DNA of 64,000 bases from Macrostomum lignano (lineage: Eukaryota). The notes under the pieces were generated by a model. That model saw only the letters and a list, made by a program, of their open reading frames with translations. It was not told where the DNA came from and did no database searches. How positions within the stretch are numbered: the stretch's first letter is position 1; every line of letters starts with the position of its first letter. The stretch lies in NCBI GenBank assembly GCA_002269645.1, contig NIVC01000607.1:1-64000 (forward strand), given 5' to 3'. The position numbers and the translations under genes were made by a program. Positions 16,800-30,100 of the stretch are shown here, one piece after another.

Positions 16800-19290
16800 T
16801 ACAGAAGGAAGTAGTTCTATAGAGAGCAAGCAGGGACAACTAAAACTTTTAATTTTAAAACTTTTAGCTGCCAGGCTGCAGCTACATGTATTATGCGCTT
16901 CGGTGCCAGCAGCAGAGGAGCTTGGAGTTGTTGCATGCGTGCAGGCATCACAAATTTGTACTTCTGTAAATCATATCTTTTGTACTTGGTGGTCTGCACT
17001 CACCAGCAATACAAACTGCAGTGCATGGCCCTTCTTGCAACAACCATTGCAGGAGCAGAGAGCCATTTTTGCGATTTATTTTGTCTCTCGAAAATCAGCA
17101 GAAAATGAAAAACAAATAACATTGAATAAGAAAATTGAAATTGTCAAATAATCGTGCAAAATTCATGTACATACAATTGCATCGATCAGTGCAGAAAATA
17201 AAATGAGAATGCCCAAGAACTATACTCAAGTATGAATAAGACAGGACAAACTACAGCAGGTCTCTTGGAACTTTTTAGGGGGCAGGTTTACCGAAAAAAA
17301 TACATTACGGAGCATGGAGGCTTTCATTTTTCAGTACAAAAATTGTTATAATTAATGCTTTTGATATAGGAGGCAGACCCAACGTTTTATGATAAAGCAA
17401 TAACAATTTTTGTGCTGAAAAAGCGAAAACCTCAATTCTCCGTGACGTATTTTTTGCCTCCAATTTTTTCCCAAGAAATGTATAGTTTCCATCCCATCCT
17501 TCCACACTTAAGTAGCCATTGTTAATACCGGACTTCTGAAGCAGCGGCAGTGCGACCAGCTGGACACCGCAGGTAAAGGAAATCGCTCGCCTTGGCAAAG
17601 CCGCCAGAACGCCCTGGCTCGCTAATTCCCAAACTCGCGCGTTTTTCATTATGGACCCGTTCGGCAGATCCGGCGGCTGATTGCTTCGGCTCGAACTTCT
17701 GGCGCAATCGGAGAGCTCCGAATTTCGGTCGGGTCGGACCGGTGCGCTGATTGCCAATTAGCAGGTTGGCGTGGTCTGGCACCGACTCTGATAGGAATAA
17801 GCAGCAAGTCGTTTGCTGCCCATCCGATTGGGTAGCAACCAAATTTTGCTGCTTCCGACTTTGATAGACAGGAAATTGCTGCTGCATCAGTGCGTCCATA
17901 GTCTGCGTGTGTAGATGGGCATTTGGGATTGTATCTCACAGTTGATATTCTCATCAACCTGGTTTACAGTGACATCAACCAACAGATACATGTACGCAAT
18001 CATACACGTACAAAACCCAGGTCATCTAATAATATGTAATTATAGCAATCCTTAATTCACCTCAAGCCCAATTATCAGGCATCTCAAACTCTGCTCTGCA
18101 TCAATCTTAGCCGTTTTGCCCTCACCATGATGCTCTTAATAGTGGCGCCTTGAATGAAAATCTTGGCAAATTTTACCCAACCAGCTGAGCCTCTTCGCTT
18201 TCTTAACAACGCGGACCGTTTTAATTCCACAGCGCACTCCATTAGCCTGGCCAGTTTGCGTAGTTTTACAGCTTGATCTGAGAACATCTGCACTACAGCG
18301 TCTGACAGTGGCAGCAGAAATGTTAAACCGTATGGCTTGAATGGCAGCCATTCGTCCAGAGCAGATATTCGAAGTCCATTTTTTGGCAATGAAATGCACT
18401 GCTTCTCGTCAATATCACGGGCACCTATATTGTTAAGAATGCGAGTTAGGAGAAGGGTAAGTTTATGTGTACTTAGTACCAAATGGTGGGGAAACTTAGT
18501 TGCACAGTTGCAGAGGGGTGGAAAGGTAAAGGTAAGGAGGTAAAGGTAAAGGCAAAGGAAAGGTAAAGGAGCTTGAAATAAGATGGTTGCGCAGAGGCAG
18601 GGGAAGGAGAAGGAATGGAATGAGGTGGGTGCGCAGAGGCGGGGGGAGGGGAAGGAATTGATTGAGGTGGTTGCGCGGAGGAGGGAGAAGGGGAAGAAAT
18701 GGATTGAGGTGGGTGCACGGGGGCGGGGGAAGAAATGGAGGGGTGGGTGCAGAGAGGCGTAGGAAGGAATGGAGGGGTGGGTGCAGAGAGGCGTAGGAGG
18801 GAATGGAGGGGTGGGTGCAGAGAGGCGTAGGAAGGAATGGAGGGGTGGTCGCAGAGAGGCGTAGGAGGGAATGGAGGGGTGGGTGCAGAGAGGCGTAGGA
18901 AGGAATGGAGGGGTGGGAGCAGAGAGGCGTAGGAGGGAATGGAGGGGTGGGTGCAGAGAGGCGTAGGAAGGAATGGAGGGAGGTGAATGCTCAGAAGCGG
19001 GGGAAGGAATAGAGGGAGTTGTCTGCAAGGTGGCAAGGTGACTTAATTGTCATGGATCTCTTGATTGACTCACCTGTCGAACGAAACCAGTCTGAATGAG
19101 GAAAATGACCACCAAGAGCCGACGGGCCCTCGAGCTCCAGATGTTCAAGTTGTGTGGCTCGTCCGGAATTTCTTAGCGCAATCATTCGCTCAAGGTGCAA
19201 CGCCGCCTGCTGGCCGACCTCATGGCGTTCGGATTCGGTCGGCATGGCTGCTTGTTGGAAAACTTTGCTTCGAACTGCTATGATGGGGTT
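16800..19290 (-). other. Unidentified spliced gene-like segment (product unknown, frames disrupted)
   Basis: Candidate introns 19073-18425 (CAG|gtgagt ... atatag) and 18060-17959 (GAG|gtgaat ... aaccag). The exon-like blocks are GC-richer and non-repetitive. No single open frame and no recognisable domain. Confidence 0.4.
18520..19020. repeat. Purine-rich array including a 34-bp unit (GGAGGGGTGGGTGCAGAGAGGCGTAGGAAGGAAT)
   Basis: Direct reading; lies inside candidate intron 18425-19073. Confidence 0.9.
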
Positions 19291-19466
19291 CTCCTACGTG
19301 CTGTAGTCTATTCATATTTAATAGAATAAATGGCTCTGGACTTTGCCCATAGAAAGTTTCCCAGACTTCCACTAAATCAAATAACTCCTATCGGCTATAG
19401 GATTGCTACTGTTAGCAGCTTGTAAAACATATAATGTGTAAAGCATTTTGAATTGGTGGCAGACTA

Positions 19467-21105
19467 CTGCTATCACTGCGGATAGTAAGTTTGGCCACAG
19501 ATTTATAGTGGTCACCGCGGATAATGAGTTTGGTCACAGACTATAGTGGTCACCGCGGATAGTGAGTTTGGTCACAGATTATAGTGGTCACTGCGGATAA
19601 TGAGTTTGGTCACAGACTATAGTGGTCACCGCGGATAGTGAGTTTGGTCACAGACTATAGTGGTCACCGCGGATAGTGAGTTTGGTCACAGACTATAGTG
19701 GTCACCGCAGATAATGAGTTTGGTCACAGACTATAGTGGTCACCGCGGATAATGAGTTGGTCACAGACTATAGTGGTCACCGCGGATAGTGAGTTTGGTC
19801 ACAGACTATATTGGTCACCGCAGATAATGAGTTTGGTCACAGACTATGTGGTCACCGCGGATAATGAGTTTGGTCACAGAATATAGTGGTCACCGCAGAT
19901 AATGAGTTTGGTCACAGACTATGTGGTCACCGCGGATAATGAGTTTGGTCACAGATTATAGTGGTCACCGCGGATAATGAGTTTGGTCACAGACTATAGT
20001 GGTCACCGCGGATAGTGAGTTTGGTCACAGACTATAGTGGTCACCGCGGATAGTGAGTTTGGTCACAGACTATAGTGGTCACCGCGGATAGTGAGTTTGG
20101 TCACAGATTATAGTGGTCACTGCTGATAGTGAGTTTGGTCACAGACTATAGTGGTCACTGCGGATAGTGAGTTTGGTCACAGATTATAGTGGTCACTGCT
20201 GATAGTGAGTTTGGTCCCAGACTATAGTGGTCACTGCGGATAGTGAGTTTGGTCACAGACTATAGTGGTCACTGTGGATAGTGAGTTTGGTCACAGACTA
20301 TAGTGGTCACTGCGGATAGTGAGTTTGGTCATGCAGATTATAGTGGTCACTGCTGATAGTGAGTTTGGTCACAGACTATAGTGGTCACGGATAGTGAGTT
20401 TGGTCACAGATTATAGTGGTCACTGTGGATAGTGAGTTTGGTCACAGACTATAGTGGTCACTGTGGATAGTGAGTTTGGTCACAGACTATAGTGGTCACT
20501 GTGGATAATGAGTTTGGTCACAGACTTTATTGGTCACCGCGGATAATGAGTTTGGTCACAGACTTTATTGGTCACTGCGGATAATGAGTTTGGTCACAGA
20601 ATATAGTGGTCACTGCGGATAATGAGTTTGGTCACAGAATATAGTGGTCACTGCGGATAATGAGTTTGGTCACAGAATATAGTGGTCACTGCGGATAATG
20701 AGTTTGGTCACAGAATATAGTGGTCACCGCGGATAGTGAGTTTGGTCACAGATTATAGTGGTCACTGCGGATAATGAGTTTGGTCACAGACTATAGTGAT
20801 CACTGCGGATAATGAGTTTGGTCACAGAATATAGTGGTCACCGCGGATAGTGAGTTTGGTCACAGATTATAGTGGTCACTGCGGATAATGAGTTTGGTCA
20901 CAGACTATAGTGATCACTGCGGATAATGAGTTTGGTCACAGAATATAGTGGTCACCGCGGATAGTGAGTTTGGTCACAGATTATAGTGGTCACTGCGGAT
21001 AGTGAGTTTGGTCACAGACTATAGTGGTCAACGCGGATAGTGAGTTTGGTCACAGATTATAGTGGTCACTGTAGATAATGAGTTTGGTCACAGACTATAG
21101 TGTCC
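19467..21105. repeat. 38-bp minisatellite (GAGTTTGGTCACAGACTATAGTGGTCACCGCGGATAGT)n, about 43 copies
   Basis: Direct reading; period 38, no unique spacers. Confidence 0.97.
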
Positions 21106-21157
21106 ATTGTACAGCTGAGTGACCTGAAGCAATGCGGAATGCTCAATCAAGGACAAA

Positions 21158-21232
21158 GGGTCGAGAAGAATCGAACCCTAGACCTTTCAGTCGTGAGTCT
21201 GACGCCCTAACCACCAGCTAGGCTACTGAGCT
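21158..21232 (-). mobile_element. tRNA-derived SINE head or tRNA pseudogene
   Basis: Minus strand has A-box-like TAGCTGGTGG and B-box GGTTCGATTC. The anticodon stem is broken (TCAGA-CTCACGA-CTGA) and there is no proper acceptor stem. Confidence 0.55.
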
Positions 21233-21950
21233 ACTGCCCAATAGAAATTCTGCACTTATTGACTTCGCAACCTCCTCTAGCTCGTACATGCGCACGAAGA
21301 TAGCAAAATATCCTAAATTGTATATTAAATATATACTCGTAGATCCTATAGCTTCAACTATTCACGAGCAATGATTATTAGAACTAAAGCTAGCATCTCT
21401 ATATTAGAAATTACTGTAGTTCTTATAGAATCTGACTGACTATAGTTTAGTGCTAAGCCTACGCTCGCAAAGTCCAGCGCAGCGTGGGTGCCGCAGGATG
21501 TTCCCGTATTGCAACCGCCTCTCGCTTCACTCTTGCTGTGTTATCTTGGCTTCATCACAGCCTACAGCCTGCCTGCGCAGCGCAAGAGAAAATCCCGATC
21601 CTGTTGTGTTGCGCAGGGCGGCTTTTGAAAGCTTTTGATCTGACTGATTGTCCACCGCGAACAAGTAGCTACTGCATTAGAGGCGCAGCAAGTTTGCATA
21701 TAGTTTCGAAGTCTATCACTTTCATCACTCTCTCATTGTGGATTTTGGCTCCGAGAGGCCGTATAATATGGGAGCACTTTTAGACTCCTTCATCTGCTAG
21801 CGGCCGACTCTATGCCCGTTGTTTATCGCTTTTTATGTCCTTTGTGTTCGCTTTCGGGTTAAAGTTGCGGACTCCGCGAAGGGACGTCTGCAGTTCGTGT
21901 CCGTTACAGGTTTTCAGAACCTGCGATTTCATAAGCTGGCTTAAGCCCGC

Positions 21951-22790
<840 letters not shown>

Positions 22791-23239
22791 CAACCATGCC
22801 CTCCTAAATTTCACGATCTCAGTTTGCTCCCTCCTAAAGCTCCAAAGTTTTACATACACAGTATATTCATTTCAATTTCCTTGCCATCGCAGTCCTCATA
22901 ACCATCCGGCTGATTAACATTTCCAGCTGTTTCCATCGCAATGTTTGCCCTGCTAAAAGCAGCAGCACAGAGCAGAAGAGAAGCAGAAGTTACTCCCCAA
23001 ACTTTCTCGATCAAACTGCTGTATTGCATGCATACTAGCGGCTATCAAGCCCTATCCGCAACCATAAGTTCTCCCAACAGCTCCATCATGTAAATCCACT
23101 GGCTTATACACTATACTAATTCGCTTTATCAGATAATTAACTTCCTTACTTGCTGCATACTTGCAGGCAGCAATGATAGCCGAATTGCACAGGCCTTGGT
23201 TCTTCCCGTCTTGATGCGAAGCCAATACAGAATCTGGAT

Positions 23240-24005
23240 AGGGAGCAGCAGACAGCAGGTCAGGACAGGACAGGGAGCAGCGGACAGCAGGTCAGGACAG
23301 GACAGGGAGCAGCGGACAGCAGGTCAGGACACGACAGGAGGTCAGGACAGGACAGGGAGCAGCGGACAGCAGGTCAGGACAGGACATGGAGCAGCGGACA
23401 GCAGGTCAGGACATGAAAGGGACCAGCGGACAGCAGGTCAGGACAGGACAGGGAGCAGCGGACAGCAGGTCAGGACACGACAGCAGGTCAGGACAGGACA
23501 GGGAGCAGCGGACAGCAGGTCAGGACATGAAAGGGACCAGCGGACAGCAGGTCAGGACAGGACAGGGAGCAGCGGACAGCAGGTCAGGACACGACAGGGA
23601 GCAGCGGACAGCAGGTCAGGACACGACAGCAGGTCAGGACAGGACAGGGAGCAGCGGACAGCAGGTCAGGACAGGACAGGGAGCAGCGGACAGCAGGTCA
23701 GGACACGACAGCAGGTCAGGACAGGACAGGGAGCAGCGGACAGCAGGTCAGGACAGGACAGGGAGCAGCGGACAGCAGGTCAGGACAGGACAGGGAGCAG
23801 CGGACAGCAGGTCAGGACACGACAGGGAGCAGCGGACAGCAGGTCAGGACACGACAGCAGGTCAGGACAGGACAGGGAGCAGCGGACAGCAGGTCAGGAC
23901 AGGACAGGGAGCAGCGGACAGCAGGTCAGGACACGACAGCAGGTCAGGACAGGACAGGGAGCAGCGGACAGCAGGTCAGGACAGGACAGGGAGCAGCGGA
24001 CAGAA
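23240..24005. repeat. 32-bp minisatellite (GGACAGGGAGCAGCGGACAGCAGGTCAGGACA)n with 18-bp sub-units
   Basis: Direct reading. Confidence 0.95.
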
Positions 24006-24150
24006 GGTTAGGACTCTGTCAGCTCCATCACAACAAAGTTTATTGCAGTTCAGAAGTCATAAATCCATATAGCAAGCAAGGTGAATTGTAGAATTTCCCA
24101 TATTTTCTGCATGTAGAATGAGAACTGTACACGAATTAAATAGCGGATTG

Positions 24151-27100
24151 TTACAGTTGCGTCTCTTTGTTGTAGAAAGACTGCTTCGATTGCTGCTGCT
24201 GCTGCTGCAGCTGCTGGTATTGATGAAAATCTATAACGCTAGACGAATGATTGAAAATCTGTTTTGAGACCTCTTCATTGTCGACTTCTGTTTTCACCGA
24301 GTTCAAGCTTCTGTCGAGCCCGTGCCGAAGTCTGGGCTGCCGGTAGCGGTTCGGGTCGCGGTTTGAGAACAACTTTTGTCTTCCTGAGCTGCCAAGCCGC
24401 TGCTGCCTGAACGGTTGGTTGTCCGTTTTCTGTGGCTTTTGCCTTTCTCGCTGCCTGCAAAGATGGTTGGAGCTGAAGTAAGAGTTCTGAATGATGCTGG
24501 AGGATGCTGAACGCTTGAGGGATCATGATGGATGATGCTGGATGACACTGAAGGATGCTGGACAATGTTGAATGATGCTGGATGACGTTCAAGGATTCTG
24601 GATGATGCTGAAGGATGCTGGAGAATATTGGATGATGCTGGATTACACTGAAGGATGCTGGATGATGTTGGATGACACTGAAGGATGCTGGATGATGCTG
24701 GATGTAACTGAAGGATGCTGGATGATGCTGGATGACACTGAAGGATGTTGGATGATGTCGGATGACATTGAAGGATGCTGGATGATGCTGGATGACACTG
24801 AATGATGCTGGATGATGTCGGATGACACTGAAGGATGCTGGATGACACTGAAGGATGCTGGATGACACTGAAGGATGCTGGATGACACTGAAGATGCTGG
24901 ATGATGTCGGATGACACTGAAGGATGCTGGATGATGTCGGATGACACTGAAGGATTCTGTATGATGCTGGATGATGCTGGATGACACTGAAGGATGATGG
25001 ATGATGCTGGATGACACTGAAGGATGCTGGATGATGTCGGATGACACTGAAGGATGCTGGATGATGCTGGATGACACTGAAGGATGCTGGATGATGTCGG
25101 ATGACACTGAAGGATTCTGTATGATGCTGGATGATGCTGGATGACACTGAAGGATGATGGATGATGTCGGATGACACTGAAGGATGCTAGATGATGCTGG
25201 ATAATGCTGATTGAAGCTGGTTAATTACTGGATGTCGAAAATTTCTGAATAATGGTTTAAAACAATATAAGAAGATGATTATGATGCATCAGCAATTGGA
25301 TTAAAAGTACTGAGAAAAATGCCCTCCATGCACCCATCGAAACGAACCTCTTCGAAAGTCGATTTTGCTGACTTTTCTGATTCAACGCCGGCTTCTCCTC
25401 GGCCCACAGCAGAGCGCGGTTGCCCAGCGCCAAAGTGAGGCGTCGCATCAACAGCCGAATATAGTAGGAGGCCACTATCAGGGAGATTTCCCCGAACTCG
25501 CACAGTGTCACCACGGAGACGCCGATCCATAGGCCTGAGTTAGGTCAGGTGCTTCTTTTAGCAAAGCAAATTACAATTGACACTTTCGTTAAAAGGCTCC
25601 CTGCACCCACCTCACGCCTCACCCCAGTATTCCTACCCCTCTCTGCACCCACCTCACGCCTCACCCCAGTATTCCTACCCCTCCATGCACCCACCTCACG
25701 CCTCACCCCAGTATTCATTCCTACCCCCCCTGCACCCACCTCACGCCTCACCCCAGTATTCATTCCTACCCCCCTGCACCCACCTCACGCCTCACCCCAG
25801 TATTCCTACCCCTCTCTGCACCCACCTCACGCCTCACCCCAGTATTCCTACCCCTCCATGCACCCACCTCACGCCTCACCCCAGTATTCATTCCTACCCC
25901 CTGCACCCACCTCACGCCTCACCCCAGTATTCATTCCTACCCCCCTGCACCCACCTCACGCCTCACCCCAGTATTCCTACCCCTCCATGCACCCACCTCA
26001 CGCCTCACCCCAGTATTCATTCCTACCCCCCTGCACCCACCTCACGCCTCACCCCAGTATTCATTCCTACCCCCCTGCACCCACCTCACGCCTCACCCCA
26101 GTATTCATTCCTACCCCCCTGCACCCACCTCACGCCTCACCCCAGTATTCATTCCTACCCCCCTGCACCCACCTCACGCTTCACCCCAGTATTCCTACCC
26201 CTCCATGCACCCACCTCACGCCTCACCCCAGTATTCATTCCTACCCCCTGCACCCACCTCACACCTCACCCCAATATTTCTACCCCTCCCTACACCCACC
26301 TTGCGCTTTACGCCTGCATTTCCTGTTCTGATTTGACCACCTCAAATAGAGCAGTTACTCACCCATAATGCCACCCAAATCGGAGAACAGGTTCACCAGC
26401 TCATAACTTCGTTCCTCGTACAGCTGTCTCACTGTTAGGGTCTTTGGATACACTCTGAGCTGCAGGAAGCTCTGCCTGATAATGCTGTGCACCTGTTGGC
26501 AATGCTCGTCACTATCGAACCTATCCAGGCTCTTATTCAGCCTATCATCCAGACACTCGCTCAGGTTAACACCGTGATACGCAATCGAGTGATTCAATGC
26601 ATGATTAGTGTCGAATGCAGGATTAACAGCTCGCAGTCTGAGCAGATTAGTGTCAATCTCTTTAATCCGCGACTTCAGCATAGCGGCAATCCTGGCCAAT
26701 CGGATTCGAGCGCCGCGAATTTGGAAATTCGGATCCGGCCAACGGCTCTGAAATACGGAGAAGTCGTAGGTGGTGTAGTTGCAGATGTTCAGGCAGCTGG
26801 ACGGCTTCCTGCCGGTGCGCAGGTGCGGCAGCGCGCACTTCAGTCGGTTTAAACGCCGACCGATGACAGGGAATTTGGAGCTCAGCAGGTCAGCCACTCT
26901 GAGCCGATCTGTATAAGCCAGCCGACTGAAAGTTCTCAACGAGAGTCTGCCCGACTTCTCAATCAAGCTCATATTGTTAACTAAAAAGTCGCGCTGAAAA
27001 AATTGGTTAATCTCAGACAATAGTTTTGGCAGTTGCTTGGTGTCCTGAGCGCCCAGGAGGTCGTGACAGTAGTCTTCGTCTGGCCTCCGACCCGAGTGCG

Positions 27101-30100
27101 TTTTTACAAGGCCTTCAATAGTGCAGCCGCACTTCTCCTGAACACTTTTCAGATGCTCGAATGTTGTGCAGTCCGCCAGCTGCCGGTCGTAGACTTGGAC
27201 AGTGCTGCAAACGAGGGTTGAGTAGGGTAGAGTAGATTAGAGAAGATTATAGTAGACTAGCAATCTACGCCCCCCGTTGGGGAGCCAAAGAAATGCAATA
27301 CACGTTTTTTTAATAAGCTACATGTAGCCTTGAAATCTTAAAAAATCTCCTGTCAAACTTCTAACCCTAACCATAACCCTAAATGTAATATTTTTTCAAT
27401 GAGTTTTTGCATGATGCTTCTATGATTTTTTCATGACGCTTCCATTATTTTTTGCATGACGCTTCCATGATTTTTCACATGACGCTTCCATGATTTTTCA
27501 CATGTTGCTTCCATTATTTTTGCAAGCTTCTATGATAAACATCTTTAATAAGCTACATGAGCTAAGTTATAAGCTACCCTAACCCTAGCCCTAACCCAAA
27601 TCTTAATGCTGTAACCCTGACCCTAACCCTGAACCTGAATCTATAGAGTAGATTCGAGTAGATTAGATTAGAGTAGATTAGAGTAGATTAGAGTAGATTA
27701 GAGTAGATTAGATTAGAGTAGATTAGATTAGAGTAGAGTAGATTAGAGTAGAGTAGATTAGAGTAGAGTAGATTAGAGTAGAGTAGATTAGAGTAGAGTA
27801 GATTAGAGTAGAGTAGATTAGAGTAGAGTAGATTAGAGTAGGGTAGATTAGAGTAGAGTAGATTAGAGTAGATTAGATTAGAGTAGAGTAGATTAGAGTA
27901 GAGTAGATTAGAGTAGAGTAGATTAGAGTAGAGTAGATTAGAGTAGAGTAGATTAGAGTCGAGTAGATTAGAGTAGATTAGATTAGAGTAGAGTTGATTA
28001 GAGTAGAGTAGATTAGAGTAGAGTAGATTAGAGTAGAGTAGATTAGAGTAGAGTAGATTAGAGTAGGGTAGATTAGAGTAGAGTAGATTAGAGTAGAGTA
28101 GATTAGAGTAGAGTATATTAGTGTAGAGTAGATTAGAGTAGATTAGAGTAGAGTAAATTAGAGTAGAGTAGATTAGAGTAGAGTAGATTAGAGTAGAGTA
28201 GATTAGAGTAGAGTAGATTAGAGTCGAGTAGATTAGAGTAGATTAGATTAGAGTAGAGTTGATTAGAGTAGAGTAGATTAGAGTAGAGTAGATTAGAGTA
28301 GAGTAGATTAGAGTAGAGTAGATTAGAGTAGGGTAGATTAGAGTAGAGTAGATTAGAGTAGAGTATATTAGAGTAGAGTAGATTAGAGTAGATTAGATTA
28401 GAGTAAATTAGAGTAGAGTAGATTAGAGTAGATTAGAGTAGAGTAGATTAGAGTAGATTAGATTAGAGTAGAGTAGATTAGAGTAGAGTAGATTAGAGTA
28501 GAGTAGATTAGAGTAGAGTAGATTAGAGTAGAGTAGATTAGAGTAGAGTAGATTAGAGTAGAGTAGAGTGGATTTAAGTTCCGTAAAGTAACTTGCATAG
28601 AAGTCGATGGACATTCCAAACATACATGTAACTGGAACCCTCACTGAAAACTATTGCTAATAAAAATCGAACACTACACATCCTTACGAGCGTACAAAGT
28701 GTGCTTAATCGAAATTCATTGAATAGTGAAATCAAGTCAATTAGTTTTAAACCTCAAGATCTCCGCACTTAAAAAAGATACTAAAAGATACAAATTCTCT
28801 TTTACGAACTTTAATTGCATCATGAAAAATTATAAATTCAAAGTGCAGTGAAAGCAGACAAGAAGTGCAGTAGTGAGGAGAGAGATGGAGAGAGAAAGAG
28901 AGGAGGAGAGAGAGGGTGAGGGTGAGAAGGAGAGAGAGTGAGAGGGAGAGAGGGGGAGAGGGAGAGAGGGAGAGAGGGGGAGAGGGAGAGAGGGAGAGAG
29001 GGGAGAGAGAGGGAGAGAGGGAGAGAGGGGAGAGGGTGAGAGGGAGAGAGGGGGAGAGGGAGAGAGGGAGAGAGGGGGAGAGGGAGAGAGGGGGAGAGAG
29101 AGGGAGAGAGGAGGGCACCTCCAATCTCAGGCACTGACATGGTAACGGTAGAGAGGACTGAACAAAGTCAGTTTAATTGAATTGCCGATATTTCGAAATT
29201 ATTATATTTCTTCGTCAGGGCAAGTGAAGGGAGAGAGGGGGAGAGGAAGAGAGGGGGAGAGGGAGAGAGGGAGAGAGGGGGAGAGGCAGAGAGATGGGTT
29301 TTGGCAGCGACCGCACGCGGAACTCGTCAGCTGTACATGCTGACCGTGTTCTCGGTGTACACTCAACAGGAGCCAACCGGGCACTCACTCCAGCAGATGA
29401 TCGAACGCTTGAAAATTGGTCCTCGCTTCGCAACGTTTCGTTGGAGTATCGGCCAAGTTGGTCTGAACTTGGCTGAGTGCCAACACCGTCTGCATGCCGC
29501 TGGGCGAGTTGATGCCGTACTCGCCAGGATAGGGGATCGTGTCCTGTCAACAGAAATCAATAGATTGCCTGTAAGCAGTGCCAGGCATTATCCTGGCGCA
29601 CTTTGAGCGACATTGTCACACAACCGGCGAGAGGCATTGCTGCCCATTCCGCCGACTCCCCTGAGCAGGCACACGAGCGCGCGGATACGTACGCAGTCAT
29701 ACGCACAGGCACACACTCACAGGAGTGTACAGCGGCCCTAACTTTATTTATCGTTAGGCATGTACACTTCACTGTGCCTTGGGGTTGGTCCTCAATGCCG
29801 CTAATTGCAGGAGCAGAGCCCAGCCAAGATTCCAATTCAGCCCTAAATTAATGTGACTGCACTTGGAATCGAGCCTGGGCCGCTGGCACATCAGAGCGCC
29901 GCGCCAGACCACTGGGCTACGGCAGCGGGCTCATAGTAGCCTCTGATTGGTTGGTTTTTAAGTCACGTGACCTACAGGTCTGAAAATAAATAGCAAGCAA
30001 CGTTTACTTTGTTTGTTTTGTAGGTAATCCTACTATGCGTAATCCCAGGTATTGATCTGAACAAAATATAGCAAATCTTTTATGGAAATTCAGATTCCTG

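Noticed and set aside
16800-18424. TGF-beta-family identity for the orphan gene (IRFNIS, GWVKF, WLSAP, C..GEC fragments)
   Set aside because: The fragments lie in different frames and the seven-cysteine pattern cannot be assembled.
19467-21105. 38-bp, 30-bp and 32-bp arrays as CRISPR arrays
   Set aside because: The units are head-to-tail with no unique spacers, no cas genes are present and the context is eukaryotic.
27360-27630. TAACCC patches as a true or fused telomere
   Set aside because: Short, degenerate, interrupted and intronic.
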